Positions 27,170-39,215 of a stretch of 64,000 nt of DNA are shown here, one piece after another. Source of the stretch: Octopus vulgaris (Eukaryota); the NCBI GenBank assembly GCA_951406725.2, contig OX597814.1:178436001-178500000 (forward strand). Direction: 5' to 3'. Each line of letters starts with the position of its first letter. Within the stretch, counting starts at the first letter, position 1. A program made the position numbers and the translations under genes. The notes below the pieces were generated by a model. It did not search any database and was not told the origin of the DNA. It saw only the letters and a program-made list of their open reading frames with translations.

Positions 27170-27390
27170 TGTGTGTGTGTGTTTGTGTGTCTGTGCTTGT
27201 CCCCCATCATCGCTTGACACATAATGCTGGTATGCCTACGTCCCCGTACTTAACGGTTCGGCAAAGAGACCGATAGAATAAGTACTAGGCTTCCAAAGAA
27301 TAAGTCCTGGGGTCGATTTGCTCGACTAAAGGCGGTGCTCCATCATGGCCGCAGTCAAATGTCTGAAACAAGTGAAATAGTAAAAGAGTA
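27170..27390 (+). mobile_element. Family-C SINE 3' half
   Basis: Matches 57480-57690. Confidence 0.88.
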
Positions 27391-27391
27391 C

Positions 27392-27449
<58 letters not shown>

Positions 27450-27957
27450 GTGCGTGCGTTTGTGTGTTTGTGTGTCTGTGCGAAAGAGAAAGAAGGAAAG
27501 AATGGAAGAGAGTGAGAGACTGAGCGTGTGTGAGTGTATTTTTGTGCTTGTTTGTCTCGCATTACCGTTTTACAACCTGTGTTGTCCCGTTCCTTTTTTT
27601 CCTCCCAGAGCTGGCGCTTTGACAAAAAACAACCGACAAAAAGTTTTTAAAAATCTGTTTTAAAAAATGCGTACTCCGGTCGATTGGTCGACTATAATTC
27701 CTCTAATCGGTGTCCCACCATGGCCGCAGTGTTATGGCTGAAACGAATTAAAAGATAAAAGATAAATACATTTCATTTTCTCTTTTCGGAATTGTTTCTT
27801 CTTTGTCTCCTCTTCGGTCTGTTACCACGGGCTTAGCCTTCATTCGATTCACATCAACAAAAGTGGATGTGATGTCAATGCTCTCTGTGGAAACAGATTC
27901 GGCTTGGCTTTTTCGTTTGAAGAGAACGAGGGACAGAGAGAAGGAGAGAGAGAGAGA

Positions 27958-28000
<43 letters not shown>

Positions 28001-28049
28001 CATAATTTCCGGATCTTTGAGAAGTGAGGCTATCGGAAAACTAGACTTA

Positions 28050-28260
28050 TAGCAATTCCTGTTGTTTTCTGATTTCGATACTGTCTATCGGTCTCAATAT
28101 ATGCAGCGACATGACCGAGTTGGCAGCTGTATCCAACGGGCATTATGCCAGTACATCGACGTGAAAATAGACAAAAAGTGATACAAACGTATACCAAACA
28201 GGTGCATGACAATGACCTGTCCACAATATCAAAGTAACAAAAGATGAAAGCAAACCTCCT
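28050..28260 (+). pseudogene. R4/Dong-clade LINE fragment (RHD region)
   Basis: QYMQRHDRVGSCIQRALCQYIDVKIDKK*Y parallels EYLNRHDRAAQYIHWVICKNLDLPHEKNWW in the 36803 ORF. Confidence 0.65.
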
Positions 28261-28320
28261 AGACATAATAACGAATGGCCAAGATTATATATACGTATAG
28301 ATATCACAATATCTTTAAAA

Positions 28321-28355
28321 TTATCATCATCATCATCATTTTTATTATTATTATA

Positions 28356-28429
<74 letters not shown>

Positions 28430-28430
28430 C

Positions 28431-28471
<41 letters not shown>

Positions 28472-29105
28472 AATTATAATTATTATTATTATTATCATTA
28501 TTATTATTATTATTATTATTATAATTATTATTATTATTATTATAATTATTATTATTATTATTATTAAGATGGCAAGCTGGCAGAAAAGTTAGAACGCCGG
28601 GAGAAATGTTTAGCGGTATTTCATCTGACTTTACGTTCTGAATTCAAATTTTATCGAGGTCAACATTGCCTTTCATTCTTTCGGGATCGATAAATTTGCG
28701 TACTAGCGTCGATCTAAACGACTGGCCCCTTCTCACAAATCTGAAGCCATGTATTTCCACTAGAAATGATTCTTCTTCTTCTTCTTCTTCTTCTTCTTCT
28801 TCTTCTTCTTCTTCTTTTTCTTCTTCTTCTTCTCCTTTTTCTTCTTCTTTTGCTGTTGTTGTTGTTGTTGTTGTTATTATTATTATTATTATTAAGGCGA
28901 AGAGCTGGCAGAATCTTTAGCACGCTGGACGAATTGCTTATCGTTATTTCGCCCGTCGTTAGGTTCTGAGTTCAAATTCCGCCGAGGTCGACTTTGCCTT
29001 TCATCATATTGGGGTCGATAAATTTCAGAGCTAGTTGTGTACTGGGGTCGATGTGATCCACTGTCCCCTCTCAAAATTTCAGGCCTTTTGCCTTTATTAG
29101 AGAAG

Positions 29106-29165
<60 letters not shown>

Positions 29166-29376
29166 GTTGTTGTTGTTATTATTATTATCATTATTATTAT
29201 TATCATTATTATTATTATTACTGTTATTATTATTATTATTATTATTAATATTATTATCATTAATATTATTATTATTATTATCATTATTATTATTATCATT
29301 ATTATTATTATCATTATTATTATTATTATCATTATTATTATTATTATTATCATTATTTTTATTATTATTGTTATCA

Positions 29377-29413
<37 letters not shown>

Positions 29414-29418
29414 CATCA

Positions 29419-29455
<37 letters not shown>

Positions 29456-29483
29456 CATCATTATTATTATTATTATTATTATT

Positions 29484-29527
<44 letters not shown>

Positions 29528-29538
29528 TATTATTATTA

Positions 29539-29584
<46 letters not shown>

Positions 29585-29890
29585 GGCAGTGAGCTGGCAA
29601 AACTTTTACCACACCCAGTAGAATGCTCCGCGGCATTTCGTTCGATTTTACTTTCTGAGTTCCTGTTCTGCAGAGGTCGACTTTGCGTTTCATCCTCTCA
29701 AGATCAATAAAATAAACAATAGTTGATCACCGGGATCAATGACATCGTCTTCCTTGTCCTTGAACGTTGCTGACATTGTAATGAAATGAGAAAGTATTAC
29801 TAAGGCAGTAAACAGGCAGAATCTTTAGCAAAAAGCTTTGCGTCATTTCTTCTGATTCTCTATGTTCCGATTTCAAATTCTACTGCGACC
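28321..29890 (+). repeat. Array of (ATT)n/(CTT)n/(ATC)n microsatellites alternating with four family-M SINE units
   Basis: SINE heads at ~28566, 28893, 29583 and 29801. (ATT)n tracts at 28321-28565 and 29107-29582. Confidence 0.9.
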
Positions 29891-30129
29891 GAATAGCACT
29901 TTTAGTCGTCCAGCACTTGACATTAAACTGCTGACCTTCTGCCAAAATCTGAAGTAGTCATTAAAAGCAATGAACCGTGAGAGTCGTTAGAACCCCGGAC
30001 TCTCACGGTTCATTTTAGTGCACTCGTCATTTCTTCGGTTTTTGAGTGAAGACGAAATCCACTTCCAAGTTAGGCTATAGAAAATTGTAGCAGAAAATAA
30101 GAATTGTACAGTCTTCACAGAGACACACA

Positions 30130-30182
<53 letters not shown>

Positions 30183-30731
30183 GCACGCATGCAAATATAC
30201 GCACAAGCTCATGCTTTTGTTTTTATGTTCTCGTTTCTCATTTTGTCTACGTTTTTTTTATGCCCTGTACGCATATATGCATGAATATATACATATATAT
30301 GTAGGTTTGTACATATATGTATGTATATATGCATATATTTATATATTGTTTATATCATTATATGATCGAACGCCACGCATCCATTTCCACGTAAGTTTTA
30401 TCTTAATAATTACGATGTGCACTCATATTCTATCTCCCTCTCTTTTTCTTCTTCCTTTCCCTATTCTTCTCCTCCTCTATTCACAGTTCCCTCTCTCTCT
30501 CACACACACACTTCCTCCTTCACTCTCTGGTTGCTCACACGTGACCAACGGCTATCCATCTTTTTTCTTCCACTTCCTTCCTAAAAGATAGGATGTGCTT
30601 TTACTTGTCTCTCCTCAAAGATCCTTTTTCCAGCGTTCACCACGTCAATCGTCATATATATATATATACATACATATACGTGTACGTATGTTTGTATGTG
30701 TTTATGTATATGTGTGTGCCTGTGAACCTGT

Positions 30732-30781
<50 letters not shown>

Positions 30782-31284
30782 CATTCATGTATGCGAGAGT
30801 AGCGAAACAGAAATCGCGCGTGTTATGTACAATGACTGAGTATTATATTAACAGTAACATCCAAGAAAAATCTTCCAAGTGCAGCATAAATTTCATTAAT
30901 GTCTCTACATATAGAAACGGTATATGCAGTTCAGAATTTTTGAATTCAAGATTTTATTTAATATCTGAAAATTCTATTTCCCTTTCAATCGCACGCTAAA
31001 ATACGATTTAACCGAGAAATGTTGCACGCGTGTTAATCATTAATTTAATCATAATTTTCCACTTTTAATTGGTGTTTTAGAATCCCGTACTGGAATAAAA
31101 ATAACAAAATATATAAATTTAGGCACAATTACTGTTTAGTGAAATTTCCTGAGATTTCTCAACGTAATTTTCATAATAATACATGTTAACCTTAAAGTTT
31201 GACAGAGAAATGTTTTCGGAGATGAAGACGGTGGAGGTGGATATTGATCTAAAACTGTAGATGCTTTTCTTTTTTCATGTTCTT

Positions 31285-31575
31285 CTTTTCTTTTACTTGT
31301 TTCAGTCATTAGACTACAACCATGCTGGGACACCACCTTGAAGAATGAATCGACTCCACTACATTTTTTAAAAACTTGTTATTTGTTCTATGGGTTTCTT
31401 TGGTCGAACCGCTTAAAAACTGTGACATAAACATACTAAAACTGGTTGTCAAGCAGTTCTGGGGAACAATCACAGTAACATTCACACACACACACATACA
31501 CACATACATATATATTCGACAGACTTCTTTCAGTTTCTGTCTACCTATTGTACTCAAAAGGCCATGGATGCTGTA
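31285..31575 (-). mobile_element. Family-C SINE, diverged
   Basis: CTTTTACTTGTTTCAGTCATTAGACT...CGACAGACTTCTTTCAGTTTC matches the reverse complement of the family. Confidence 0.8.
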
Positions 31576-32504
31576 GCATGGAAATCTAAATTTTACTCAC
31601 GGAGTCAGCAGTTGAGTATCGCCAGAGGAGATACATATAGATATTCTAATACAGGTAAATCGTTACATAATTTAAAATCAACTTTAAATCCTGCATATAT
31701 GAGGATCTGTACGTATCGAAATATTTGTAGCGATTAAAAAGCTACCTAACCGTACTTACTCTTTAATATATGGCACGACTGCTTTCCCTATCTAACCTGC
31801 ATGTGATATTAACCACCACTAAGCTATTTCATTACAACTGTCGTTGATTAGTATCATTGCAACCATCACAAAATAGTGGCTACAAAACGTTTTATTCTGT
31901 GCTGATATATTTTTCCCAATCTTTATTTAACTGAAAGGCGTAGTATTCATATCGTGTGAGCAGCAGCATGGCGAGAGACATTCCCCACTATGTCCTATGG
32001 AAGAAGAGATTGAATGCTATGGGTATGCAAAATAAGCAGTGTTAAAATGTCATATTTCAAATCAAACAAGGAAAACATAATTCCATACGATGTAACACAG
32101 AAAAGAACATGGTATAAATCTAGAACTTAATCCGAAGTTTTTGATAAAAAATATAAATCACAAAAGTAATTTTTCTTAAATCAATTACAATATGCACAAA
32201 ACTATAACATACGATCTTCAACAACTCTAATTCATTGTAATATAGGCAAAGAGATAGATATTTGGAACAAAGGGAACCGTCAGTTATATTGATACTAGTA
32301 TTTGACTGGTTCATAAGCTTATATCCCTAAGAAGTAAGGAAGGCAAAGCTGAACTCAGAATAATTTGAACACAAAGTTTGAAACAGAGTACCGCAAAAAC
32401 TTTTGTTCCACACTAATGATTCCTGTAATCCACCTCCCTGATAAAACTACTACTGTTACGCACTTCTATTGCTGCTGCTGCTGCTGTTGCTGCTGCGAGC
32501 TTAC

Positions 32505-33620
32505 CGAAATAGGATATCGGAAAAGAATGCATAAAATTTGGGCAGAAAAGAATACATAAAATTTGGATAGAGAAAGACGTTTCTTATCACCGAAGAAAGA
32601 CTTCTAGACCAACATAATTTAATCGCTAAAAGGTAATGGGTATCCTAGTTGAAACTGGAAGGATCTCCACAATATTAAAATTGTGTGAACGTGACTGCAC
32701 TGAACACGAAGAAAAAACAGGACAGTTACAGGGTTTGGCAGAGGGACGAATAACTACCCTAAAAAAAAAAAGTAAACCGATGCTCAGATGATGGAGATTT
32801 GTATTTGTGAAGTTATAAACAGTTACAGGGGTGAAAAGAGATTTACTGCTCCACCTGAATGAGGTGTGAAATAGTGAAAGAAAATAGCTATCAACTCTGA
32901 GATGAATAGAAACAGGGAGACTATATAAAATAGTGAAGAAGATGGACGAACTGTTCACGAAAATCTACATCGAAAACATAACAGATCTAAACGACCATAT
33001 ATACTACGCAACCTCTGTCGCTGTGCAATTTTGCAGTGCACAATCTAGGATTAAAAGTGAAACAGATACAAACGACAAGACATCATGAGGGAAACGAAGG
33101 CTTGAGAACCATATTATACAGCTCAAGATAGATCTTGGACGACTGAATGCAATCATAGAAAAGAAGAGGGCAAAGAAAAGATACAGGAACAGACTGCAAA
33201 GAAAGTAAAACATAAGACGAAAAAGACTGCAAATAATTAAAGAAAAACTAAAGCAAAGAATCAAAGAAGGGTCGGGTAAAAGAAAAAAATAAGTACCATC
33301 GTAAAACAAATCAGTATCAGCAGAATAGACTATTCAAAAGAAAGTTCGATAAACAACTGGACAATGAAGGCGAGAATGAAGAAAATGATGTGTCAGACGC
33401 TGACACAGGAAGGAAATTCTGGACAGATATCTCGAGAAAGAAATACAACGTAATATTATAGCAGGTTGCTAATTGGAATTTAAGAGAGAAGTGGAAACTG
33501 GAGTGACACAAGAAAACATAACAGTCACGGAAAAGAAAGTAAAAGAGATAATTCTAAAAAATACGAAACTGAAAGGAAGAAAAAGGATGTAGGAAGAAAT
33601 CAAGGGAATCTGCTGATCTG
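32505..33620 (+). pseudogene. Decayed N-terminal region of an R4/Dong-clade LINE
   Basis: GYRKRMHKIWAEK...EERLLDQ, IDLGRL, QQNRLF, KFWTDI and EIKGIC (KAPG.D.I.G.W position) appear in the order expected upstream of the RT in R4/Dong elements. Confidence 0.6.
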
Positions 33621-33623
33621 ATA

Positions 33624-33712
<89 letters not shown>

Positions 33713-33817
33713 GCGTGTGTGCGTGTGTGTGTGCCATTTTGCTCCTTCATCAACTTTAGATTTGAGGATTTGGGGTTTAAATTGCTATTGAATATATATT
33801 AATATATTAATATATCC

Positions 33818-33886
<69 letters not shown>

Positions 33887-34149
33887 TAGGACAATCAGTA
33901 ATTTGTCTTAATAGGACCCGGTGTTTCAAATGCCCGATCTAAAAGCTTCGAGGCATTTTCATCAGCTATTTGCACGATAGACGGTATGAAAAAAAAACCG
34001 TACAGAAAAAGGGGACTTATTCTAATAGCCATGAAAAAAATTTAAAAGATATAAAAGATGTAACACATAAAAAAATAAGAACTATAAAAATACACGCAAC
34101 TACGTTCTCACAATAGATAGATACATTTTACGTTCGTAAAATCTATACA

Positions 34150-34490
<341 letters not shown>

Positions 34491-34785
34491 CATAGTAGAT
34501 CAGCTGTACTCCGTGACTTTTTCCTACATCCTAAAATGGAACTTTTCCCTTAATGCTATTGATCGTTATTTTGTGACACAAAAAATTACCCATTCAGGAG
34601 CAAAAAAAAAAAAAAAGCCAAAGGTGGCGCGCGCTGTTAATTAAATAAAAGGATAACATTTAAATAAGCAGACGCCAAAATTGTGAAAACAAGGTTTTTA
34701 ACAGAATTACATAGCGTCGTCAAACATGCGCCCGAATTATTCCGCAACGAATGATGATGATTATGATGATGATAATAATAATAAC

Positions 34786-34826
<41 letters not shown>

Positions 34827-34894
34827 TAATAATAATAATAATGATAATAATAATAATAATAATAACAATAATAATAATAATAATAATAATAATG

Positions 34895-34928
<34 letters not shown>

Positions 34929-34986
34929 TAATAACAATAATAATAATGATAGTAGTAGTAATAATAATGATGATGATGATGATGAT

Positions 34987-35019
<33 letters not shown>

Positions 35020-35040
35020 AATAATAATAATAATAATAAT

Positions 35041-35599
35041 AAATTCCCTGACGCAGTACCAAGCAGTGGCTCTCGTAGCTTCTGATCATAACTAATTGGT
35101 AGTGCTTTTATGTACATTGTTTTGTCTTGATATGAACGATGACCTACAACAAATATTCTGCTCCATACCACAGATTTTCTTGTCAGTTGTTTGACTTTAA
35201 TCAGTTGAGTATGTCAGTTAGTGGCTGATGATATGTGCATCTCTGATCACGAGCAGAAGTAGTCGGGGAGCATCATAGCCATGTGGTGAGAGGAATTCTT
35301 TGGGGTTAGAATAATTCACTCGTGGAAACATGGGGTTGTATTTTTCATCATTCTTAAACTACCCTTATTCAGGGACCTTTTGGGCGGGATGGACTACTCA
35401 ACCTAAAGAAAATTCTATCCGGGCCCTCACATGCGAAGTCAAGTGCTGTTTATCTTGATATGAGATCACCATGTCGCGCACATATGATTGTGATGCATGT
35501 TCCTGGTATACCGTTACCAGACGGGTAGTCATGATGTGTAATATGGGCTCGTATATTTTACTCTAGTGTCACTTCGATGGTATGTACTGCTCTCTCAGT

Positions 35600-35600
<1 letters not shown>
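35041..35600 (+). mobile_element. Non-coding ~550-bp interspersed element T, copy 1, inside (AAT)n
   Basis: Collinear with 38229-38758. Flanked by (AAT)n at 34750-35040 and (ACT)n/(AAT)n at 35601-35757. Strand inferred from the truncation pattern of copy 3. Confidence 0.8.
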
Positions 35601-35651
<51 letters not shown>

Positions 35652-35687
35652 GCTACTGCTGCTGCTGCTGGTACTACTACTAATACT

Positions 35688-35725
<38 letters not shown>

Positions 35726-35795
35726 TAATAATAATAATAATGATGATAATAATAATATTTTTAAAAGATTGACGTAACTCTTCACAAAGGTAAAC

Positions 35796-36436
35796 AGATG
35801 ACGAGCGTGATTCGAATGTAATAAATATGTTATCGGCTGAACGCTATTTCGGCAGTAAGTCTGTCTTTGTCAAGTTCAAAATAGGAGGTGATAAAAATAC
35901 AAAAATTATAGGAATATAAAATTAAAGTATGAACGAGAGCAACCAGCGTCCACACGTTGATAGAATGACATCAGTAAGTTTCAATTTACAATATGCACTT
36001 GAAAGTGCATTTTCTCAGAAACTATTCTGAGTCTGCTTCAATTTTCCTTCTCAGAATGCATGATGACAAAGTTGTTTGCAGGTTATTAACATCACGCCCT
36101 GGAGGAATGAATAAAATGACAGGACAATATCAAATTTCTACAAAATCTTTTGATTAAATACTATTCTTTTTCCTTTTCTTTTTTCTCTCCTCTCTTCTTT
36201 CTATCTTTTAATCTGTCTTTGTCTTCTCGCTTGTTATAAAATTGAGATTTAAAGGCTGATGATGTCATTCTATCAACGTGTGGACGCTGGTTGTTCTCGT
36301 TCATATTTTAAATTTAAATTACTATAATTTTGAATTTTTATCACCTCTTATTGTGAACTTGAAAAAGATAGACTTATTGTCGAAGTATCGTTCAACCAGT
36401 GAAAAATCTATTACAAAAGAATCGCGCTATTCATCT
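35796..36436. mobile_element. Foldback/MITE-like element with ~195-bp inverted arms
   Basis: 35796-35991 is the diverged reverse complement of 36234-36436. The inner block GAACGAGAGCAACCAGCGTCCACACGTTGATAGAATGACATCA matches with one mismatch. Confidence 0.8.
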
Positions 36437-36457
36437 TGACTAATAATAATAATAATG

Positions 36458-36516
<59 letters not shown>

Positions 36517-36729
36517 CCTTTCTCCAATAGGCACGGAACCTGTACTTTTGTGAGGAGGAGGCATATTGATCACATCCATCCTAGTACATCACTGGTACTT
36601 GATTTATCGACTCCGAAAAGATGAAAGGCAAATTCGGCCTCGGTGGAATTTGAACTCAGAACGTGAAGACGGACGAAATCTCGCTAGGCATTTTACCCGA
36701 CGTGCTAACTATTCTGCCAGCTCGCCGCC

Positions 36730-36731
<2 letters not shown>
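36517..36731 (-). mobile_element. Family-M SINE flanked by (TAA)n on both sides
   Basis: Ends CTGCCAGCTCGCCGCCTT (reverse complement of the head). Confidence 0.88.
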
Positions 36732-36791
<60 letters not shown>

Positions 36792-36793
36792 TA

Positions 36794-38136
36794 AGGAAAC
36801 TGTTGACAATGCATAGAATGCACCACCCTAAGGCAGATACAGAACGACTCTATCTGCCAAGAAAAGAGGGAGGCCGTGGTCTTTTGCAACTGGCAATAAC
36901 AATGAAGATTGCTACAATTGGCCTAGACACCTACCTGAAAAACTCTGAGGACTGGATGTTAAAACTTGTCTCAAAACATGAAAACAAGAAAGCATCATAC
37001 TCAGTCACAAAACAGGCAAAGGAATATCTAAGTGAATTCCGAATACAACCAATTTCGGAATTAGAGATAGACATACAAGAAACAAGCACAGAAAAAGCTA
37101 GGCGCATGAAAACCCGTGCCAAAACTGCGGCCTTAGATATTCTGAATAATAAATGGCAAGAAAAACCTCTCTATGGCAAATACCCAAAGAGAGCGAATAA
37201 TGCAGATATCGACAAAGCCCTGACCCATCAATGGCTAATGGCCTCTGGCTTAAAATCTGAAACAGAGGGGTTTATCATAGCAGCTCAAGATCAATGCCTA
37301 CCAACAAGAAACTACCAGGCCAACATATTAAAGATCAGAAGCAGTCCAACGTGTCGTGTATGCAAGCAACAAAATGAAACCATTGACCATGTGGTCTCCA
37401 AGTGCAGTCTTCTAGCGCCTACAGAGTATCTCAACAGGCACGATAGAGCTGCACAATATATTCACTGGGTAATCTGTAAAAACCTGGATTTGCCCCATGA
37501 AAAAAACTGGTGGGAACACAAACCACCCCCAGTGCTTGAAAATGACCACATCTCACTCCTCTGGAACTTCACCATTCAAACTGACAGGAAGATAGATGCA
37601 AATAGGCCAGACATCATATTGAAAGACTTCAAACAAAGAACATGCCTCCTCATTGATATGACTGTCCCAATCGATATAAACGTATCTGTCAGGACCTACC
37701 AAAAACTGAGCAAATATAAAGATCTTGAAATAGAAATCAGCAAAATGTGGAAGCTGAAGACTAAAACAATACCTGTTGTCATAGGTGCCCTGGGAATGAT
37801 AGCAAAAGGGGCTGATAGCTACCTAACTCAGATACCAGGAAACCCAAAAATGGCAGAAGTTCAAAAGATAGTGCTCATGGGAACTGCTCATATCCTACGC
37901 AAAATACTCTCTATGTAACCTCAAGGTTTAAAACAACCATAATTTTCGGTTTAAAAAAAAAAAAAAAAAAAAAAATTTTTTTTTTTAGACATTCATTAGT
38001 ACAACATCCCCACCCCCCAAATATATGGCACACTAGGCATAACAACAACATGAACTTCCAACCCTGTTGTCTCTTGAGGTCTCTGGGTGAGACTTGGAGC
38101 CAACTTGTACAAATATAAAGCAAAAGTCAAACATAG
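36794..38136 (+). mobile_element. 5'-truncated R4/Dong-clade non-LTR retrotransposon inserted in (TAA)n
   Basis: The reading frame begins abruptly after (TAA)n, the ORF runs to 37918, a ~220-bp 3' UTR follows, and (AAT)n resumes at 38137. Confidence 0.88.
36803..37918 (+). CDS. C-terminal 371 aa of non-LTR polyprotein: RT thumb, CCHC zinc knuckle, restriction-like (PD-D/ExK) endonuclease; partial, no true start
   Basis: RLYLPRKEGGRGL, LKSETEGFIIAAQDQ, CRVC-x8-H-x4-C, RHD, NRPDII, IDMTVP, KLSKY, IPVVIGALG. No stops or frameshifts. Confidence 0.9.
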   Translation: MTMHRMHHPKADTERLYLPRKEGGRGLLQLAITMKIATIGLDTYLKNSEDWMLKLVSKHENKKASYSVTKQAKEYLSEFRIQPISELEIDIQETSTEKARRMKTRAKTAALDILNNKWQEKPLYGKYPKRANNADIDKALTHQWLMASGLKSETEGFIIAAQDQCLPTRNYQANILKIRSSPTCRVCKQQNETIDHVVSKCSLLAPTEYLNRHDRAAQYIHWVICKNLDLPHEKNWWEHKPPPVLENDHISLLWNFTIQTDRKIDANRPDIILKDFKQRTCLLIDMTVPIDINVSVRTYQKLSKYKDLEIEISKMWKLKTKTIPVVIGALGMIAKGADSYLTQIPGNPKMAEVQKIVLMGTAHILRKILSM

Positions 38137-38158
38137 AATAATAATAATAATAATAATA

Positions 38159-38203
<45 letters not shown>

Positions 38204-38228
38204 TAATAATAATAATAATCATAATCAT

Positions 38229-38758
38229 AAATGTCCTGATGCGGTACCAGGCAGAGGATCTCGTGGCTTCTGATCTTAACTGATTGGAGGTGTTATCATG
38301 TACATTGTTTTGTCTTGGTATAAAAGATGGGCTACAGCAAATATTCTGCCCAATACCACAGATTTGCTCATCAGCTGTTTGACCTTAATCAGTTGAGCAT
38401 ATCCCTTAGTGGCTGACAATATGTGCATCTCAGATCACGAGCAGAAGTAGTGGCGGAGCTTCTTTAGGGTTTTAATAATTCACCTCTGGAAACATGGGTG
38501 TTTCGTTCAACATCCTTAAGCAAACCTTATTCAGAGATCTTTTGAGCGAATGGGTTACTCGACCAGAAGAAAATTCTAACTGGGCCCCACCTGCAGGGTC
38601 ATGTGCTGCTTATCTTGTTATGACATCATGTCTCGCACATATGGCTGTGATGCATGCGCCGGGTGTACCCTTATCAGATGGGTAGTCACGATGAGTATAT
38701 TGGGCTTCGTATATTTTACCTCAGTGTCACTTTGGTGGCATGACCTGCTCTCTCACAC
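38229..38758 (+). mobile_element. Element T, copy 2, inside (AAT)n
   Basis: Collinear with 35041-35600, with two short internal deletions. Confidence 0.8.
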
Positions 38759-38864
<106 letters not shown>

Positions 38865-38885
38865 TAAATAATAATAATAATAGCG

Positions 38886-38938
<53 letters not shown>

Positions 38939-38966
38939 CATATTAATAATAATAATAATAATGATA

Positions 38967-39007
<41 letters not shown>

Positions 39008-39034
39008 AATAATAATAATGATAATAATAATAGT

Positions 39035-39215
39035 TACCTATTTCTAAACACAGAGAGGACAAACAAGGACAGACAAACGGATTATGTCGATTACATCGAC
39101 ACCAATGCGTAACTGGTACTTAATTTATCGACCCCGAAAGGATGAAAAGCAAAGTCGACCTCGGCGGAATTTGAACTCAGAACGTAACGGCTTCTGAGTT
39201 CAATTCCGCCGAGGT
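39035..39215 (-). mobile_element. Family-M SINE, 5'-truncated with a terminal inverted duplication
   Basis: Reverse-complement match to the 15241 unit; 39192-39215 is an inverted copy of 39158-39182. Confidence 0.85.

Noticed and set aside
28275-29693. Long poly-I, poly-L, poly-N and poly-Y ORFs (also 34637-35171, 38601-38941, 47882-48185)
   Set aside because: Translations of (ATT)n/(AAT)n microsatellites; no coding signal.
37953-37986. A-run followed by T-run resembling a terminator hairpin
   Set aside because: Homopolymer expansion in a LINE 3' UTR; bacterial terminator logic does not apply.
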